From Dimorphilus gyrociliatus (lineage: Eukaryota > Animalia > Annelida), in assembly GCA_904063045.1 (NCBI GenBank), contig CAJFCJ010000009.1, forward strand, positions 848,942-912,941: a DNA stretch of 64,000 nt. Direction: 5' to 3'. Made by a program: the position numbers and the translations under genes. Shown here piece by piece: positions 37,045 through 48,787 of the stretch. Within the stretch, counting starts at the first letter, position 1, and the number at the start of each line of letters is the position of its first letter. The notes beneath the pieces are model-generated. The model worked only from the letters and a program-made list of their open reading frames with translations, did no database searches and was not told where the DNA came from.

Positions 37045-38781
37045 ATGTTTGCAAAGCTAAAACAAAAAATAGTTGATGAAGGCGCTGAACTGTCTCCCGG
37101 GAATGGAGGACAAGGAGGAATAGGAGGACCAGGATATGCCATTCCAAAAGAAAATAGTCGTAATGATGTCGATTCTGATAGTAGTTCACAATCCAGCCCC
37201 CAAAGGAACACCAATAACACCCTAGGGAAAAAGGAGGGTTCCAGCGGAAGAAAAGCTCTAGAGATAAAAATAAGAGAATTAAATAAGGACAAAGAGGAGA
37301 GTAAAAGATCTATTATGATTTTGGAAGGCCGTTTGAAAGAAGCTGAAGCATATAGAGAAAGAATATTTAAAAGAGAAGAAGAACGAGAAGAACAGGAAGG
37401 TCTAGCAAGTCAAGAGCTAGCAAAAGTTAAACATTTACTCATTAATGCCCAAACTGAGAGAGATTCAGCTCTTAAAAAGTTGGATGACGAAAAAGAAATC
37501 TCAGCTACCAGAGGGTTAAAATTAGAAAATTTGCAAAAAGTTATAGAAAACAGTCGATCAACTAATCCTCCAGATGTGAATGCGCTGCATGAAGAGAAAG
37601 ATTCTTTAGTTAATGAAATACTTGAGTTAAAAAAAGAACATTCTTTTAAGATTGAACAATTGCATAAAACTGTAGAAAATTTGGAAGAAAAGTTGAAAAA
37701 TGAGGAAAAATCAAATGCTGAACTTAAGGATAAACTAGCAACAAGTGTAACTAATTCCAATTCTGAAAAGTCAAAAATAGAAATTACTAAGAGAGAATAC
37801 GAAAAGGAAATAACCTATTTAAAAAAAGAAATAACTGCCTTCAATAGCGAGAAAGTAAGCTTGATTTTATTTCCTATAACATCTGTTATAAACGCTCTGA
37901 CGTGGTATATATAATCGATTGTTTATACAGATAAATATACAAGCCGAAAAAGATAGAATTGAGAAAAATGCTGAAGACCTTAGTGAAAAATTTAATAAGC
38001 TTCAGGAAGAATTAAATCATGTAACAGCTCAATGGGTATGCCTTACGGAACAAAATTCTAAAAATTTGGATATAATTAATCAACTTCAACAAAAAATAGA
38101 TTCCCATGAGGGAGGCAAGTTTATTAATTTTGTACTGAATAATCTATATATCTTTCTATTTATATTTGGAAGTAAATTTATACAACTTATTACTATTTAT
38201 TAATTTTTGTAGAATTTAAGAAATCGAAACAATTTGAAGTTGATCTGAAGCAAGAGTTGGCAACTCAAACAGAGAGAAATGACAATTTATGTCAGGAAAT
38301 TATAAAATTGACAAAACAATTAGCATCTGTTGAAAGTAATTTAGCCGATAGGAGTAAAACTGTAAAATTACAGCAACAAAGACTAAATGAAATGAAAAAA
38401 ACTTTACAAAAAGAACTTCGGGTACAACCTTTACCGATGGACTCAACTCGTAGCTTTCCAACATTACCACAAATTCCAGCAACAATCGATGTCAATTTGA
38501 GCGACTTTATACCTCCTATACCAAAGGATAACGGTGTCACCTGTAGCAAATGTGATCATTTAAATTATGAATACTTACGCCATGTTGTTATAAAGTTTAT
38601 GCTGTCTAGAGAGTCCGAAGCTATCCATCTTATTAAAGCTGTTTCTGTCTTACTTCACCTTACAGCGGACGAACAAAAATTAATCAAGGACACTCTTGAA
38701 TATAAAATGTCTTGGTTTGGCAGTCCTCCCTCTCTTCCTAGCAAAGGTCAAAAGGCAAAAGTTGTACCGCGTACTTTTTAG
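37045..38781 (+). CDS. GOLGA1: Golgin-97 (GRIP-domain golgin)
   Basis: N-terminal MFAKLKQKI, coiled coils, and GRIP domain NYEYLRHVVIKFM...EAIHLIKAVSVLL...TLEYKMSWFGS. Confidence 0.92.
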
Positions 38782-39488
38782 TAAAGAAAGTATATACACT
38801 TTTTATAATTCAACTATAAATTTGAAGGGAGGACAAACAACAACCACAAAGACTTCAAATATTTCTAAATCATCACCATTCATCTAAATGTGACAAACTG
38901 CCTTAGAATATCACTCAAAAACTGTTTTAAATACTGATTTACCAGTTTCGGTTTATCATGCAAGATTACTATAGGAAATGTTAAGTATAAAGCTTATGAA
39001 AATGTTAAAATGACCAAGTAATCATAAAGCTGTTATTGTTTAACCAATTTAAATTAAAATTTGAATGATTATTTATCTATAAAAGAATACAAATTTTTTA
39101 CAAACAGAACAAATACTGTTATTAACTTTCAAACGTTTTAGCCATTTCCTATTTACAATAGCTTATAGCCTTCTTTGATTAATTAGCGAAAGAAATTACA
39201 GAATGGACGTTACTTTTAAAATTGCAATTGTTGTGACAAGCTGAAAAATTTCAATTTACATTTAACTATGAAGATATTATAAAATGTGACAAACTATTGT
39301 TAAAATTCTCTTGTATAACAATTTTAGTTTGTGTTTGTTAATGCTATTGAAATGATTTCAAGTAACTGGGAAATTTTAGGCGTTGATATTTATTGTATCT
39401 TGAAAAATTTGAATGATTTTTTATTGAAATGAGAAATAAAAATTTTTTACAAAAAGAAAAAAAACAAAGCACAAGTACTTTAATGAAT

Positions 39489-41319
39489 TCATTTTATATT
39501 TTGTGATTGTTTGCGCTGAAGAGCTTGTAGTCTCTTCCTCTCAATTTCATCTTTACTATATACGACTTTTTTAGGCGGAATGTTATCTGAATCGTTTAAC
39601 TCAGCCTGTCCAGGACGCTTCTGGTTTGATTGAGTTACCAGAACAGCCCGTGTAAATGTTCTCCCTTGACGAAAAGTTTTAGTTTTTGTTGTTGCCCTCA
39701 TAGGATCCAAAGGCTTCTTTGATAGATTAATATCCGCCGATACTTTCATTGTATTGCTATTTGTTAAAACAGGTTTAGCGATATTCAATGATACTGATGT
39801 TGAGGCGATGCAATCTTTCTTTGTTGCCTGATTTTGAAAGTTTTTAAATGTTCGAGTTGCTAGGACTGGAGGTTCTTTTTTTATTGTATCAGCAGATTTT
39901 AAAGGTTCGTAAGTATTTTGTACTATATCCGATGACATTTTCGAAAATGATGTTGTTGCTGTTGTTGTTGTTATAGCTGTTGAGCAAACTATATGATTGT
40001 TAAACCTCCTTGTTGTAGAATTAGTGTTTTGTTTATTAAAACAAACTGTTTTAGATGAGTTTGTAACAAAGTTTGAGTTAGATACGAATTTTCTCGTATT
40101 CTGGTTTGATAACGTTGTTATTGTTGTTGTTGATTCGGTTACCGGAATGGAGTTTGTACTGTTCAAAGTTTTGCCAGTGCTGGTTGATTCGTTAGTATCT
40201 TTAATGTTACGATTGTCTGACAAGCGAGTGTTATTGCTTGAGAATGATGGCTGAATCACTTTTGTCAAAGAGTTACCATTAGTTATAAATTGCTTGGTTG
40301 TAGTTGGTTTCACTGTTGTGGAGAGACTAGGGGTAGATGTGGAGCTAGTAGCCGATGATTGATTACCATGGTTCACCATAATTCTCGGTTTATCCACTAA
40401 TTTCACTGTAACTGCAGGTTTAATGTATTTGCTGGATGATGTACCATTAATAGCTGCCTTTGAGACAAATTTTCTTGTTACCGTCTGACTACTTACAAAC
40501 GGCTCTGACGCTTGTTCAGCTATAAAAATAAGTAACAATAAAAGTTACGTACTAAAGGCGATATATATATATATATATATATAATTGAATAATTTAAGAA
40601 AACAAACCCCTTTCTTCTTCAAATGATCTTGTCTTGTTAAATGTTATTTTCGATGGAGGACTACCAGGGCGATGTTCAAAGGATTGAACTCTCATAATAT
40701 TTCTACGAACTTTAGGTGCAGCTCCTAAAACTGTTAAGTCTTTATGGTCCTTGACCGTAGTTGGCTTTATAACTGATTTAGGTGTTCCCTCTTCAATAGG
40801 GGATAATATTGGAGATTTTAATGACATATCATTTTGGCACGGTGTGCTTGTAGCTTGTTGACATTTCGTTTGTTTACTTTCTTTATATATCTTTGGCGTT
40901 CGAAAGTTTTGAGAAATTAACATAAAAGAGTCGTCTTCATTCAATGTTGACGTTTCCATAGATTTATTTCTCTCTTCTATTTCATCCTTAAATAGAGTCT
41001 CTAATTGCTCCATTACGTGATCAGCCGATTTAATATCATTACCTGCTCTCGCTTTAGCCTCTTGAAGTCTGTTAAACAATATTGAATAATATCTAGATTA
41101 CATCTCCACAAGATAAACTTACTGAGCTTCTTCTTTCGAAATCAACATTTGAAAGTGACTATATCCTGATGCTTTATGCCCACGTTTTTGCTGGGTTTTT
41201 TTTATATCGATGGTATTATTATCATCCCAAACTACGTCAGGAGGTTTTTGAGTACATAGACTCGTTTCCATTTCGCCATAGCTTGCATTAAATGGATCGA
41301 CAACGTCCTCGTAGTCCAT
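39489..41319 (-). CDS. ETAA1-like protein (putative RPA-binding ATR activator); 3 exons
   Basis: N-terminal DVVWD motif (ETAA1 activation domain DIFWD), long S/T-rich disordered middle, C-terminal YSKDEIERKRLQALQRK (resembles the RPA32C-binding motif EEIQRKRQEALVRR). Confidence 0.6.
40561..40583. repeat. (AT)n microsatellite in intron 2 of the ETAA1-like gene
   Basis: Directly visible. Confidence 0.9.
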
Positions 41320-41844
41320 ATTTAAAGTTTTCAGCTGCTTCACTTATTATCACTCATTCAACAAAATATATAGCGTGAAAATTAGTATTCTCTGATAGAT
41401 TTTCTTCAGAAATAAGTTGATAGCTCCCATGAAAAATCATAGGCATTTGCATTCAATCTTGTTGTTTAACGAAAGTGGTGAATTCGTAATAAAAACGCTA
41501 TCTATAAAATATAAAAATTTGATCAAGTTGCTATGAGCACTACAATACTACTCCACTGTAACTGTTTTTCCGAAAACCCAGGTGGCGCTTTTATCGCTAA
41601 CCGCGACACTTGAAAATTCGAATGCTACAATATAAAGGGGGCCGATTGCCTTACTAAAGTTTTCTTTTAAAATAGTTCGAAAAAGGAAATATTAATTGCA
41701 TATAACATTTTATTCAAATTGCGGTTTTTACCTTATATTGTATTAATTTTAACAAATTGATCACATAGTTTTCATATTTTCAGTGAAAACAAATAAATAA
41801 TAATTTTTATGACCTTTGCTTGAATTTAAATTAAATTACACATC

Positions 41845-42837
41845 TCATTTATCTTCTAATTTCACTCTACTTCCTTCAATAAATGGCAGACCTGTTGGTG
41901 TTCTTTCTTGATAATAGTAATAATCTCTTCCGAAGAATACAAGCAATGTTCTCTCTTCTTCTATTATTCTTCTTTGAAAGAACATCCACGACATAACAGT
42001 ATATAAGATTGTACAAATGGGATTTATCAGGAGTACCTAAAGATATTTTCAATTAGATTTCTGTAAGTAATGAATTATCCAAAGATAAAAATACTAACTT
42101 GAGTACCAATACTCCAGTAAAACCAACCAACGTATGAAGGATGCCTAAACCAACTATAAACACCTGAGGTAACTAACTTGTGCTGATTTTCTTTATGGTG
42201 TCTAATATAATGGCTGAAATTTTTTCCTGCTGTGTACATAGCGTATTTTCTTAGAAATTCTCCTCCGATTACAAGAAGTAAACCAATCCATGAGACGAGG
42301 TACAGATTTTTTATCCAAGGGAAATAATAAGCTTCTACAGCAAATTCTATCCAACTGATGTAGGCAGCAATATGATACTGTACACTATGGTTAAGTAGAT
42401 AAGAGGATAAGCTTAGGTCGGAAGGATTTAGGAGAGCTGTGATGAAATACTCTGACCAGTGGAAGAAACTTAATATAACAAAATATCTAAAAAGAGGGTT
42501 TAATGTTGACTCTTCAAACCAAAGTCCTAAGCACACTCCAAAAATAACACCAAGATTTCCTCCTCTTACAGCAATCTGGGAATTAAAACATTTGAATGAC
42601 GTTTAGCTGAAATACTCCGTTTGAGTGATAATACAGTACCGAATAAGATTCCTCAGTATATTGGTAGAAAAAATATACATTTAAGACAATGGCAAACAAA
42701 ACCGATGATATGTACCAATGACTATTCACAAGCTCTTGTAAATATGAAAAGATTCGAAGGACAGTGGGTAAAATAAGAATAGATGAGCCTAATGCAAAAC
42801 TGTATAAGGAAATTGCGCCTTCTCGGGCCAGCGCCAT
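41845..42837 (-). CDS. ICMT: Protein-S-isoprenylcysteine O-methyltransferase; 3 exons
   Basis: FHWSEY, LNHSVQY, GEFLRK, LVTSGVYSWFRHPSYVGWFYWSIGTQ; last exon RIIEEERTLLVFFG...PTGLPFI. Confidence 0.96.
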
Positions 42838-42963
42838 TTTGATTGACTCTGTATTTTCAGGTTTGCCACCAAGTTTTTAAACACGGACAAAAAAGATTGA
42901 TTAATATTTTTTTTATACTTGCTATAAATTTGGAAAACTTTGCGACTTTTTTAATGAGAGTCA

Positions 42964-42997
42964 GCGCATGCGCAATTTCATAGTTGCCCCTAACAAC
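42964..42997. promoter_or_regulatory. Divergent ICMT/CFAP91 promoter: NRF1-type palindrome GCGCATGCGC (42964-42973) and RFX X-box-like GTTGCCCCTAACAAC (42983-42997)
   Basis: Motifs read directly, about 100-130 nt upstream of the CFAP91 ATG. A second NRF1-like ACGCATGCGC lies at 47618-47627, upstream of DAD1. Confidence 0.5.
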
Positions 42998-43094
42998 GCT
43001 TGACAACCCAAGTCCGTAGAATATTGACAAACGATCCTAAAGGAATCAGTACATTTTCTAATTTCTCTTGGATATGGAATAGCCAGGATAGAAA

Positions 43095-46000
43095 ATGGCA
43101 GCTCAAGCGCAAACATATCAAAAAACTGTCGTTAATGCTACGAGGGTGCATGATTATCTATACGGTAAGGATAGTATATTGACTTTCTGTTTCTATCATG
43201 ATTAAACTTTTTTTCATATTTCCAATCAGATCCGGTTCATACGTTAGCGGCAGAAAGGGATCATGCTAGAGCCACCTTCAAAGCTCATACAAGCACTGAC
43301 AGGATCAAACGAGTTCCTCACAGAGAGAATATGTTCAGCGAGCTTCGACATCATCCTCGATTTGAAGCTCGTTTAAATGTCACCGATCCTGTTCCAAAAA
43401 CTGTAAATCGTCAATGGAGAGGCTATGCTGATCAAGCTCGAGAGGCGTTAATTCGTTATAAGCAATTTAACTATGATCCATCCGTTAAAGTTCCACCGAA
43501 AGCTTATGAAAATCCGGACATGTCGAAAAATCGTTATAAATTTTTTAAACGGCCAAATATACCTTTTATGCGAAATGTACCTGATGTAGTATTATCTGGA
43601 ACCAGGGGTGGAGAGAGAGATGGCTTTTCAGGAGCGCAAGCTGACAATGACGAACAGGCTCAAAGAGCTCCTACTCCTAAGATTAGAAGTGTCTATGTCC
43701 AGACAATGTATCGTGACAGTCAGGCTCAAACTGACCCTTACTCTCCCGAATATGTAGTTAGACCCGGATCGCAACCCGAGCTATTGAGTTTGGCTACTCT
43801 TGCCTATGGTAGAGGGCTTCCTGCAGGATTGGCTGAGGTTGAAATGATTGAGAGAGCGAGAGCGAAGAGAGCTTGGGAAGCTACTCTACCTCCACTTCAC
43901 GACATGGACCAAATAGAGAAGAGAAGAAAAATGATGGATGAACAAGAGAGGAAGGAGTGGGCTCTTCGTGAGAGTGAAATCGAAAAGCTACAGGTGAGCA
44001 TTTTGTTAAATATCTTTCGTTAAATATTTCATTGTTCATAAATTTTACTCTTTAGGAAGAAAGATTAAATGTCCTGAAATCTCTATTGAAGAAGCGAGAA
44101 GAGAAACAACAACAGCTGCAAACACAACGTCTTGATAAATTATGGGGAAGAAAGCAGAGAGAGAAAGAAAAGCAATTTGAAAGAGATCGTTTAGATCATA
44201 TTAAGAACTTAAGAAAATTGGTAAAGAAAAGAGAAAATATTGAAAATAAGAAAGATCCTCGTGATATCACCAAAGATTACGCTGATTTTGGATCTTCTGC
44301 TTACGCTCCTTTAACTAGAATTGGTGTATTTCTTGACTCAGGGGCAGAACAATTTGTTGTTCAAAGTAGATATCTGGACACTTATGCTGGTCTTTTAGAA
44401 TTGGAGGCGTCTCTTCCTGACTGTGTAACAAGACCTAAAGTTAAGGCTCCCAAACCTCTAACTGTTACTAAAGATGGCTTTACTAAGAGAAAGTTTAGAC
44501 AAGAAAGAGAATTGGAGGAGATACACAAAATAATTAAATCGGAAAAGAGTAAGGAGGAAAGAGAACAAAAACCTTTGAGATTCTTACAGAAGATTGAGAA
44601 ACCTGCTCCAAGGCCACCAACACCTTCAGTCGAAGAAGCTGACGATGAGGAAGAGGAGAGAGAACTTGCTGTTATTGAGCTACAAAAGTTGTTAAGAGGA
44701 AGAGCAGTTCAGAATATGATGTTTGAAGGAAAAGAAAAGCGAATGGAGCTTATTAAAGAACTCCGCTCTACTCATGCTTTACAAGAAGCAGAACAGACTA
44801 TGAAGAAGCAAGAAAAACAAGCAACTCTCGCTCTTCAACGTCAAAGAAGATTACACGACCACCGGGAAGCTCTGGTCGATCAGGAACTCAATCAAATGGA
44901 AAGTTCCGCCCTTGGAGATATGTTAGACTTTTTATCAAAAGAACTTGTACGTCTTCAAGAAGAAAGAAGAATTCATGCCTTTGCTATGTTGGCTGAGAGA
45001 CAGAGAAGAATTAGAGAGGCTGAAGAGTCTGGTAGGAGACAACTTGAAGAACGTAGAAGAAGAGAACACGATGAAATTTTCAAACAAGCCGTCAAGGTTC
45101 ATCAAGATAGTGTTGATAGATATTTGGAAGACGTTATTTTAACTTCCATGGACTTTACTGCAGAACAACAAGCTAGAGATGAAATTAAGGTTTGCTCTTT
45201 AATTATTTTTTTTCTATAAACCATTAGTTTTTAACAACACCTTCCTTAATTATACAGGATATGGCCGAGAAGATAAATGATATCGCTTATGAAGCTGAAA
45301 AGTCTCGCGATAAACTACAGTCAGAAGAAATTGTATCTGAACTTGTTCACGGTTTTCTTATACCAGAAGTGCAAAAGGAAACCGTTAGAAAGCAATCTAA
45401 ATTACAAAATCGAAGATTCCTTCTTGCTGCTCATGGTCAAGTTCACAAAGAAGGAGAAGACTTTATTGACAAAGTGGGCGAGATTCAGAATGATGAGCTA
45501 GATTCCGATCAGTTAGATGCCGATCAGTTAGATGCCGATCAGCTAGATGCAAACGAGATGTCCTTCAGTACACCGACTTCTCAATGCTCTCAATCAGAAC
45601 CCAATTATTCCACGATGCATATGGATTTACCTGAAGACTTGCAAGAATTTGAAAGGCCAATCCTTTCGCCCTCATCCATGAATGCTGACCAAGACACAAA
45701 AGAAACACAGTCGGACAAGATAGAGGAGGGTGCCAAAACTCCAAGCAGGTCAGTTTCGGTAGCTAAGGATGTAGATAAGGATGCGCCGGATGCTAGTAGA
45801 GCATCCTCCGCTACAAAAATTGACAATAGGCCTCCTTCTGCCACTGAGGTAAAGAAAGATAGTCGACCACCCTCTGCCCAAAAAGCTGAGAGTAGACCCC
45901 CATCGACTGCAAAATCTGGTAGTCGGCCAACCTCTGCTCAAAAAATAAAAAGTAGAGGACCAACTCCACCTCAGCAAGAGGAAGAGAGAGTTTTTGGCAA

Positions 46001-46385
46001 AGTTACACCAACAGAATCATCAGCTGAAAGAGTACTTTCAAGAAAAAGTTCTGGAGTAAAATCACCAACAGAGCCATCTGAAAGAGTACCATCAAGAAAA
46101 GGTTCTGGAGTAAAATCACCAACAGAACCATCTGAAAGAGTACCATCAAGAAAAGGTTCTGGAGTAAAATCACCAACAGAACCATCTGAAAGAGTACCAT
46201 CAAGAAAAGGTTCTGGAGTAAAAACCCCAACAGAACCACTACCTGAAAAAGCACCCTCTAGAAAAAGTTCTGGAGTAAAAACGCCAACAAAACCTTCCAG
46301 TAGGCCAACTTCGGCATTATCTGGAAAAGAAGAAATTAAGGAAGACAACGTTCAAAAAGAAACAGAACAGAGTCCAGATAATTGA
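43095..46385 (+). CDS. CFAP91: Cilia- and flagella-associated protein 91 (MAATS1/AAT-1) with an extended low-complexity C-terminal tail
   Basis: RVHDYLYD|PVHTLAAERDH, VQTMYRDSQAQTDPYSPEY, PELLSLATLAYGRGLPAGLAEVEMIERAR, IQ-like IELQKLLRGRAVQNMMFEGKEKR. Confidence 0.93.
45492..45551 (+). repeat. Coding tandem repeat, 4 x 15 bp (DELDS/DQLDA)
   Basis: gatgagctagattcc gatcagttagatgcc gatcagttagatgcc gatcagctagatgca. Confidence 0.9.
46005..46290 (+). repeat. Coding tandem repeat, ~5 x 54 bp (18 aa, PTEPSERVPSRKGSGVKS)
   Basis: The anchor ctgaaagagt recurs at 46024, 46078, 46132 and 46186 (54-nt period), with a degenerate copy at ~46243. Confidence 0.93.
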
Positions 46386-47008
46386 TTAACGTTTATTTAA
46401 AAATTTAATTCTCTATTTTTTCCCGTTTTATGAAAAATAAACTTGATATAAGAACAGAAAGTATTAATTTGAATATTTCTTTTGCTTTTTTTTAATTGAA
46501 TTTAAGTTATTTCTCAATAATTAAAAATGATTCTTTTACTTTAAAAACAAAATACACTTAAACAGGCAAAGCAGCTATTCAAAATCACCAAGACATTCAA
46601 GATACTTTGACGAGGAAGAAATGAAGATTAATAATTTCAACAAAGAATGTAAAACAAGGAAGCAAGACTCAAGAATTAAAGTATATGGCAGTTTGAGTCG
46701 ACAAGTAAGATTCGCCGACCAAATGAACTCTGGTAATCATAAATAAATAAAATAAATAATCAACTTATTCTAATATGGACTATAAAAAAAAAACAGGAGT
46801 AGTATATCATTTAATAAGTATTCTAATTTGTATAACACTATTCGAATATCTGTGTATGTTGAATATAAACGAAATGAAGAAGGATTCTGTTTAATATATT
46901 AATTGGTAAAAGACAAAAGCAATGTACATTTTTTTTTGTATGATTTTTATTAACAAACTGTCGAATTCTTTTAAACAATTTCTCTAAATTCTATCATCCG
47001 ACAAAAAC

Positions 47009-47570
47009 TTATCCAATAAAGTTTACTACAACCAAATGAAGAATGACATGCGCAAAGATGAAGTCGGCAAAGGCTCTTTCGGGACTAATTCCAGCGAAGT
47101 CCGTTTTGTTATCTGGATTTACTTGTAACCTCAAGCATACTGAAATAAATAATTAAATTTAATGAGTGTATGCAATAAAATTGAAAAATCAGTAAATGGT
47201 TAAATGTTATTCAACTGTTTATAATATATATATAAAGAATCAACTTTTCACTGCATGATATCAACAAACGATTTAATTGTTGTCATTGCAGAAAATAGTG
47301 CAAAAATTCCAATGTTGATTCTTTAGACATTCATCTTGTGCATTAAATGAAAAACTAACCTCCCAAGACAAAACTTCCAACGGTTGAGATGAAACCGGAC
47401 AAGAAAGAGTTAAACGGAAAAGTGCCGACCAAGCAACAGTACACAAACTGGATGATCCCAGTCAATAGAATATACCCAAGGTAGACATCGATGATTTTCA
47501 ACTTTTTAGGAGTTGTTTGTGAATATTTCTCAAGAAATTTCTGGCAAACCGTAAAGACACTTTCAGGCAT
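47009..47570 (-). CDS. DAD1: Oligosaccharyltransferase subunit DAD1; 2 exons
   Basis: [12 protein letters not shown]...[24 protein letters not shown]|VCLRLQVNP...[26 protein letters not shown]. Confidence 0.97.
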
Positions 47571-47783
47571 TTTTCTTACGTGGCAAACGACTTTCCGGTA
47601 TCGAGTAAATTCAAGCAACGCATGCGCACAAAGACAAGGACCGCACTAAATAATAAGTTTTTTTTCGCGCTTCATTTGAAATTGTTTTAAAAACATATTT
47701 GGTCCTGTTTCTTGTCAATTAAAATAAAAACAACCTACTTTGCTTGGACAAACGCACAAACAATGTAAAATTCCCTTTGCCAT

Positions 47784-48597
47784 CTATGTCTTCTGTAGAT
47801 TTTCACAATTAAAATTTTTAGTAAATTCTGTAGAAACGTTTTGATTCTTCTTATAAAAGAAACGACCAAAATTAAAACTCGGAGAATTATCAACAATACG
47901 CGTTTTAGATTTCAAACCAAGACTAGAGGATAAAGAATTTCTCCGCCTGTTAGCTCCGTTGACCAATTGACCAGAATCAGATGGATCGCCTTGAACCTAT
48001 TAAAATATTTTATTAATTGTTACAACAGTAACTAAAAATTGTATAAATTACGTTATCTAATTGATAAGCGGAAGTTTTGTCACAAGATTTATTCTTGGAT
48101 TTGTTTTTAGTAAAAGATAATTTTTGAAAAAATACTTTCAAAGTTGATCTTCTCTCAACTTTATTATCAATCTCGTGAATTCCCTCTTGTATAGAGTATA
48201 AATCTTGGGATGCCGTCTTATTTACTAGAGCGTTCTTTTTCTTTTTCTTCCTTCTAATTATTAATTTAAATAATCTATTTGTAATACTATCTAAATCTTT
48301 TCTGTATGGATTTTTCCTTTTTTTAACAAAAGGTTTAGCAGTTTCAAATGATTTTATAGATTCCTTGAATTTTTCTAATGTCTCATCACTATCCGAAAAA
48401 TGAGAATCTTCATCTCTATCATCGGCATTCTTACATTCTTGTTCAACAATGTTAGAATCATTTGCATTAAATAACAAGTGAGAAATGTCCAACGATTGAG
48501 AAATATCCTTCTTGTCTTTTCCTCCCGACTGAAGGTGTCGAAAAGTAGAATTATTTACTTTGGAATTTGTTTTATTCATATAGAAGGAAAAATTCAT
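47784..48597 (-). CDS. Orphan basic/low-complexity protein (~250 aa, 2 exons; intron 47997-48051)
   Basis: ATG at 48597. A 55-nt phase-0 GT-AG intron joins ORF 48013-48597 to the frame of ORF 47784-47966. Contains NLS-like RRKKKKK. No family recognised. Confidence 0.6.
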
Positions 48598-48787
48598 TGT
48601 ATTGTTTAAAACAAACCTTAAGACGTTACTTAAAAATTTAAACTTTCAATGATTTTCGTATCGAAATGGGTTGTTTTTTATTGAAAAATTATCTTGTATA
48701 ATACAAAAAATATCGTAGATTATAAAAGCCTATTATATATCTTTTGAGCCTCTTTAAAATATATAATACAAGTGTTGTTTAATCGTT

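Noticed and set aside
45971-46348. Minus-strand ORFs 45971-46348 and 46003-46254 with repeated peptides
   Set aside because: Antisense shadows of the 54-bp coding repeat in CFAP91.
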